Source: Phycisphaera mikurensis NBRC 102666
GTDB lineage: Bacteria > Planctomycetota > Phycisphaerae > Phycisphaerales > Phycisphaeraceae
Reading direction: 5' to 3'
Length of the DNA: 32,000 nt
Assembly: GCF_000284115.1 (NCBI RefSeq)
Contig: NC_017080.1
Coordinates: forward strand, 2,010,001 to 2,042,000
This document shows positions 27,498-32,000 of the stretch, one piece after another. Below the pieces are notes generated by a model. It saw only the letters and a program-made list of their open reading frames with translations. It did no database searches and was not told the DNA's origin. Both the position numbers and the translations under genes were made by a program. Each line of letters begins with the position of its first letter. Position 1 is the stretch's first letter.

Positions 27498-30071
27498 TCA
27501 GGCGGGAACGCGGGCGCCTTGGACGAGCCCAGCGAGGCGGTCCCGCAGCTCGCTGAAGATGGGTGTCTCGTAGGGGTCTGCGGCTTCGACGGTGACGGCG
27601 AGCCCGAAGGGGACGTCCTCCGTCAGGCCGCCGGCGGTTTCGCGGCAGTTGACCTTGAGGTCGAGGTGGTCGTCGTCCCCGACGGCCACGACGGCGTCGG
27701 TCTCGAAGACGAGGTGCTGGACGGACCCGCGGCGGGAGAGGGTTTCGTCGGCGTCCCGGGGGGTACCGAGGAGCTCGGCGACGGTTTCTTCGTGGGTGAG
27801 GAAGAGGCCGGCCCGGGTGTGGCCGCGGTGCCGCGGGTTGAGCGGGCTTAGCCAGGCGAGCGTGAGCACGACCCGCCTCCGCAGCTTCTTGCCGCCCAGT
27901 GCGGAGGGGATGGGCACGCGGAAGGTGGCGGCCTCGCCGTCGTTCAGCCGGCCCGTGCCGAGGAGGAGCACGCGTTGGTCCGTGGAGACGCGGCTCCGCT
28001 CGGGGTCGACGGCGCCGAAGCCCAATGCGGCGGCTTTGTTCTGACGGAAGGCACGCCAACACTTCTGATCGTTGGGGCCGCAGTGGGCGTCGAGTTCGTC
28101 GGCATCGGTGCCCCAGGACGCGCCGTGGACGAGCAGGGCCTTGGTGAGGACGGCGAGCCGGTCGTCGGCGAGGGCGGGCGCGTCGGTTTCCTCGCGGAGG
28201 GCGAGGAGGTTTTCGAAGATCCGGGAGGCGAGGCGCGTGGCGTTGGCGGCGGCGTTGCTGGTGCCACGCGTGTGGACGCGGTGGCCGAGGACGCCGGGGG
28301 TGGTCGACGGGGCGGCGACGAGCTGGCCGGGGAGCTGCGGGGCGTGGTTGATGCGGAAGCTCACGCCGCCGGTGTTCATCCGCGTGCCGTAGTACTGCCG
28401 GCCGCCGGGGAGGAGGATCTCGGGCTTCACGGAGCGCTTCCACCCGGCTCCGATCGGATTGATGGGGCTGGGCAGCGGGCGGCCGTCGAGCAGGTCGCGG
28501 TACGCGATGCCGCCGGGCCGTGCCGGCTCGTCGGCCCCGTCGGCGTGCAGCGAGCCGACGGTGAGGGCGTTGACGGCTTCGGCGGGGGAGAGCAGGCGGC
28601 GGGACCCGCGGTCGGCCTGCAGACCGCCGAGCACGGCGGCCCGTCGATCTTCTGGAGTGAGCCGATCGAACTCGATCTGAGTGAGGTCGATCTGCACGTC
28701 GTCGTCGACGTTGCCGGCGCTCACGAGGAAGAGAAGATTGTGCTCCCAGGCGAGGAAGTCGATCAAGCGGGCGAGCGGGCTGAGCTCGCGGAGGAAGCGT
28801 TGGTGGGCGTTGCCGAGCGAGACGTTCACGATCCGCACCGAAGGCGCGGTGGCGGACTCGGCTCCATCGCCGCAAACGATGCCGCGGACGGCGCGGTGGA
28901 ACAGGTCGACGAAGAGGCGGTCCGCGGGCCAGGTTTCGGCCGCATCGGCGGAGCCGCCGGGGTGCATGACGGGGCGAGCGTGGATCGGGCGGCCGAGCGG
29001 GGCCTCGCCGAGGGCGAGATCGCCGTGAACGATCTGCGAGGCCATGGCGGTGCCGTGGCGGCGGGACCCGGCGGGGTAGCGGGCCGCGAAATCGTCGGGG
29101 TCGACGATCTGGACACGATCGACGAGGTCGGTGTGGTTGCCGAGCGGGAGCCCGTCGAGCAGGGCGACGATCGGACTCCCGCTGGGCAGCGGGCGGTCGA
29201 GGGCGGGGGCGGGCGGGGCGGTTTGCGTCTCGGGCGGGACGGCGACCGCACTCTGGCCGCCGCCGCGGAAGAACATGACCTCGTCGCACCGCAGCATCCG
29301 GACGTATTCATCTTCCTTAAGCGCCGCCAGCGCAGCCTCGACGCCGGCCCGCGGGCAGGCCACGCAGGCGGCGTGGTAGCGGATGCCGGGGATGCGGCTC
29401 TCGTCGACGATGGAGGCGCCGCTCTCCTTCAGGGCGCGTTCGAGAGACGCACGAGCCTGGTCGGCGCGGCGAGGGCGGTCGGAGTACCAGAACTCGGCTT
29501 GGAAGAAGATCGGGTCGTCGCCGGTTTCGAGGCGTTGCTCCCACCAGGACTCAAGCCCGGTGTCGAGCACGCGGTCGGCCTCGCTCCAGAGGCGGACGTC
29601 GGTGAGGTGCTTGAAGACGTCGAAGATCGGAGCGGCCCCGGTGGGGGCGTCCTCCGCGTCTTGATACCTCCTCCACAGGACGAGGAGGCGGCTCATCGCG
29701 TCGCGGTTGGTGAAGAGCGCGTAGAGGCGTCGATCGACCGGCTCCCCCGCGTTGAAGCCATCGACGGTGGCGGGTTCGAGATCGAGCTCCAGCAGCCATT
29801 CGAGGTCCTGCACGCGATCGGCGGCCTCGGCGAACGCACGCAGGCCGGCGGCTCCGCCGACCGCGACCTCCAGCACGACGACCCGCTCGACATCGCCTGC
29901 CCCGAGGGCGTCGGTCGGTTCCGCGAGCGAATCGCGGATCCTCTGAAGATCCGCGAAGTAGCGATTTTGATGCTCCCGGGACGGGCTTCGGGGCGGAGTG
30001 CCGCCACCGCGAAGGGGGTCTCGCTCCGCAATCGCCGGCTGGCCGAGCAGGAGGATGGGCTGGTCGGCCAT
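27498..30071 (-). CDS. S8-family subtilisin-like serine protease, cytosolic, 857 aa
   Basis: Catalytic triad contexts: Asp IVALLDGLP, His RRHGTAMASQIVHG, Ser HRVHTRGTSNAAAN, plus oxyanion VSAGN. No signal peptide (MADQPILLLGQPAIAERDPLRGG). Confidence 0.92.
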   Translation of the reverse strand: MADQPILLLGQPAIAERDPLRGGGTPPRSPSREHQNRYFADLQRIRDSLAEPTDALGAGDVERVVVLEVAVGGAAGLRAFAEAADRVQDLEWLLELDLEPATVDGFNAGEPVDRRLYALFTNRDAMSRLLVLWRRYQDAEDAPTGAAPIFDVFKHLTDVRLWSEADRVLDTGLESWWEQRLETGDDPIFFQAEFWYSDRPRRADQARASLERALKESGASIVDESRIPGIRYHAACVACPRAGVEAALAALKEDEYVRMLRCDEVMFFRGGGQSAVAVPPETQTAPPAPALDRPLPSGSPIVALLDGLPLGNHTDLVDRVQIVDPDDFAARYPAGSRRHGTAMASQIVHGDLALGEAPLGRPIHARPVMHPGGSADAAETWPADRLFVDLFHRAVRGIVCGDGAESATAPSVRIVNVSLGNAHQRFLRELSPLARLIDFLAWEHNLLFLVSAGNVDDDVQIDLTQIEFDRLTPEDRRAAVLGGLQADRGSRRLLSPAEAVNALTVGSLHADGADEPARPGGIAYRDLLDGRPLPSPINPIGAGWKRSVKPEILLPGGRQYYGTRMNTGGVSFRINHAPQLPGQLVAAPSTTPGVLGHRVHTRGTSNAAANATRLASRIFENLLALREETDAPALADDRLAVLTKALLVHGASWGTDADELDAHCGPNDQKCWRAFRQNKAAALGFGAVDPERSRVSTDQRVLLLGTGRLNDGEAATFRVPIPSALGGKKLRRRVVLTLAWLSPLNPRHRGHTRAGLFLTHEETVAELLGTPRDADETLSRRGSVQHLVFETDAVVAVGDDDHLDLKVNCRETAGGLTEDVPFGLAVTVEAADPYETPIFSELRDRLAGLVQGARVPA

Positions 30072-30080
30072 CCTCGGACG

Positions 30081-31088
30081 CTACCGGGCGTCGCCCGCGT
30101 TCGCCTGCGTCACGCGGGACTTCCACTGCCGTAGGCGGGCGTCGGCGATGGAGCGGGCGGGTGCGCCGCCGCCGGCGAGGACCTGCCGGCGGGCGAGATC
30201 GAGCAGGAACTCCTCGGCCTCGGCGAAGCTGGTGGGCCCGAGCTTGTCGGCGAGCGTTCGGGCGGCGTAGCCGAAGGGGCGGCCGAGACGATCCTGCCAC
30301 GCCTCGACGAATTGCGTGAGCTGGCCGCGGCCGGGTGGAGGAATCTGGAGGCGGAGCTGGAACCGCCGCCACACGGCCCGGTCCAGCAGCTCGGCGTGGT
30401 TGGTGGCGGTGACGACGACGACGTACGACGGCAGGTCGTCCATCTGCAACAGCAGGGAACTGACGATCCGTTTGATCTCTCCGGAGTCCTGCGCGTCGCC
30501 CCGCTCCTTGCCGAGCGTGTCGAACTCGTCGAAGAAGAGGACGCAGGCGCGGGTGGAAGCCCGCTCGAAGAGCTTCCGCAGACGGGTGGCGGTCTCGCCG
30601 AGGTAGCTGCCGATGAGGGCGTCATACCGCACGGTGAGCAGCGGGACCATCAGCTCGTAGGCGAGGCCCTCGGCGATGGATGTTTTTCCGTTGCCGGGTG
30701 GACCGGAGAGCAGCACGCGGTGGCGGGGCTCGAGGTTGTGGCTCCGTAGGACGTCAGCCCGCTGCTGTTCTTCCACCAGCTCTCGAAGAGCTGCCGCGGC
30801 GGCCTCGGGGAGCAGCAGCTGGTCGAGGCCGCGGGCGGCGGTCGCCTCGTGCACAAGCGTGGTGGCGGCGACGTGCTCGACCTGGCCGCGGTTGAAGAGG
30901 GCGGGGACGCCGTTGCGGGCATCCGCATCGGGTGTCCGCCGCAGTTCGGTGTCGAGACGCTCGGCGAGGACCACATGCCGCTTCGCACGCTCGTCGGCGA
31001 TCAGCGCCTCCACCGCCCGGGCGAACGCGGGGCGGTTGCCGGTGGTGCCGGCTTTCACCAAGCTGAGGAGGAGGTCGGAGCGGGCCAC
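30081..31088 (-). CDS. AAA+ ATPase, 335 aa
   Basis: Walker A LLSGPPGNGKTS, Walker B VLFFDEFDTLG, sensor-1 VVVTATNH, Arg finger region LDRAVWRRF. GTG start 31088. Confidence 0.93.
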   Translation of the reverse strand: MARSDLLLSLVKAGTTGNRPAFARAVEALIADERAKRHVVLAERLDTELRRTPDADARNGVPALFNRGQVEHVAATTLVHEATAARGLDQLLLPEAAAAALRELVEEQQRADVLRSHNLEPRHRVLLSGPPGNGKTSIAEGLAYELMVPLLTVRYDALIGSYLGETATRLRKLFERASTRACVLFFDEFDTLGKERGDAQDSGEIKRIVSSLLLQMDDLPSYVVVVTATNHAELLDRAVWRRFQLRLQIPPPGRGQLTQFVEAWQDRLGRPFGYAARTLADKLGPTSFAEAEEFLLDLARRQVLAGGGAPARSIADARLRQWKSRVTQANAGDAR

Positions 31089-31231
31089 GGCGAGTTGAGC
31101 GTAAGCCGCCCCCGGAGAGGGGCGAGGAAGGGGTCAGGCCGTGGGATCGGTCAGCGGATGCCGCTTCGGAGACTTTCACGCCGCCGACGGGCCTCACGCA
31201 GGGCCGCATTGAGCTCCGCCCGCGGGCCGGG

Positions 31232-31561
31232 TTATTTCTCGCGGCGGGCTTTGTCCTGGAAGCCGCGGATGGTGGCGTCGAGGGCGCGTAGCTCGGCGGC
31301 GTCCACGGCGAGGGCGGCGGGGTCGCGGCTGGGGTCCCAGCGGAAGCCGCCGACGAGGGGGGCGGCGTCAGCGGTGGCGAGGGCGAGGGACCAGCGGCGG
31401 AGGACGGCGGCGAGGCTCGCATCGTTGGGAGCCGGGGCGAGGGCGGCGAGCAGCTCGGCGGGGTGCGCGGTGGGGAGATCGCAGCGGAACCCGCGGACGG
31501 TGAAGCAGATCAGCCGTTCTCCGCTGCCGTCCGCGGATTCGGCATGCTCCAGAAGGAGCAT
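31232..31561 (-). CDS. Small hypothetical protein, 109 aa, upstream of the AAA+ gene
   Basis: ORF MLLLEHAESADGSGERLICFTVRGFRCDLPTAHPAELLAAL...GGFRWDPSRDPAALAVDAAELRALDATIRGFQDKARREK; composition more protein-like than shadow ORFs, but family unrecognised. Confidence 0.45.
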   Translation of the reverse strand: MLLLEHAESADGSGERLICFTVRGFRCDLPTAHPAELLAALAPAPNDASLAAVLRRWSLALATADAAPLVGGFRWDPSRDPAALAVDAAELRALDATIRGFQDKARREK

Positions 31562-31859
31562 GGGGGACGTGATGAGGCGGTGGAGGAGCCTCGGGAGGGC
31601 GGGAATCAGCTTGGACGTGATGGCGAGGGCGACGATGAGCGTGAACGGTCCTGACTCGTCGGGGGCGGTGCCGGCCCCGGCGGGGAGGGCGGAGGCGAGA
31701 GGGTTTCAGACGAGCGTGGAAGACGAAGCGCCTCAGGCGCTCGCGGACGAGGCGGAGCCCGATGGCGCGACGATGGCGGTGACCCCGTGCCCTCTCGCAT
31801 CAGCAAGATGCATTTGCCGCAGTCCACCGCCTGCTGGACCGACGCGGCATACTGGCACG

Positions 31860-32000
31860 ATGGCGAAGAAGCGGACGTGGCCGGAGGCGATCGAGCAGGT
31901 GTTGCGCGACGAGGGCGGACCGCTCCACTACGTGGAGATCACGGAGCGGATTGTCGCAGGCGGGCTCAAAGAAACCTCAGGCGCAACGCCAGCCGCGACT
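31860..32000 (+). CDS. N-terminus of a HARE-HTH domain protein (truncated by right window edge)
   Basis: MAKKRTWPEAIEQVLRDEGGPLHYVEITERIVAGGLKETSGATPAAT matches the HARE-HTH pattern (AIxxVLxxxGxPLHYxEITxxIxxxGLxxTxGxTPxAT). Confidence 0.8.
   Translation, partial: MAKKRTWPEAIEQVLRDEGGPLHYVEITERIVAGGLKETSGATPAAT

Noticed and set aside
27975-30134. 719-aa plus-strand ORF
   Set aside because: Antisense shadow of the S8 protease gene; no recognisable domain.
31606-31827. 73-aa minus-strand ORF near the HARE-HTH gene
   Set aside because: Ser/Pro/Arg-rich low-complexity sequence with no coherent domain; probably chance.

Overview
High-GC (~75%) bacterial chromosomal window whose gene content and protein style suggest a Planctomycetota/Phycisphaerae-like organism (inference). 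Housekeeping genes dominate: nucleoside hydrolase-DUF547 fusion, PqqD-like protein, ferredoxin-NADP reductase, pxpBAC, nadD, GH2 beta-mannosidase, nuoC, FHA-GAF-histidine kinase, argH, class-IV aminotransferase, tRNA-Ser(GGA), galK, the rpmF-plsX-fabH-fabD cluster, an eboE-eboC pair, DUF1622 and ExoD. Two regions stand out. (1) About 4.60-5.26 kb, intergenic: a tandem ~139-bp repeat array carrying an almost invariant 56-nt hairpin per unit, with an A-B-A-B higher-order pattern. (2) About 27.0-32.0 kb, at the right end: a defence-island-like segment with a truncated type III methyltransferase (Mod) N-terminus, a cytosolic S8 subtilase encoded 9 bp after an AAA+ ATPase, a small unknown ORF, and the divergent start of a HARE-HTH-type protein cut by the window edge. 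The AAA+/subtilase module is the best candidate for an unusual system here. No database search was possible; family calls are motif recognition from the supplied translations.
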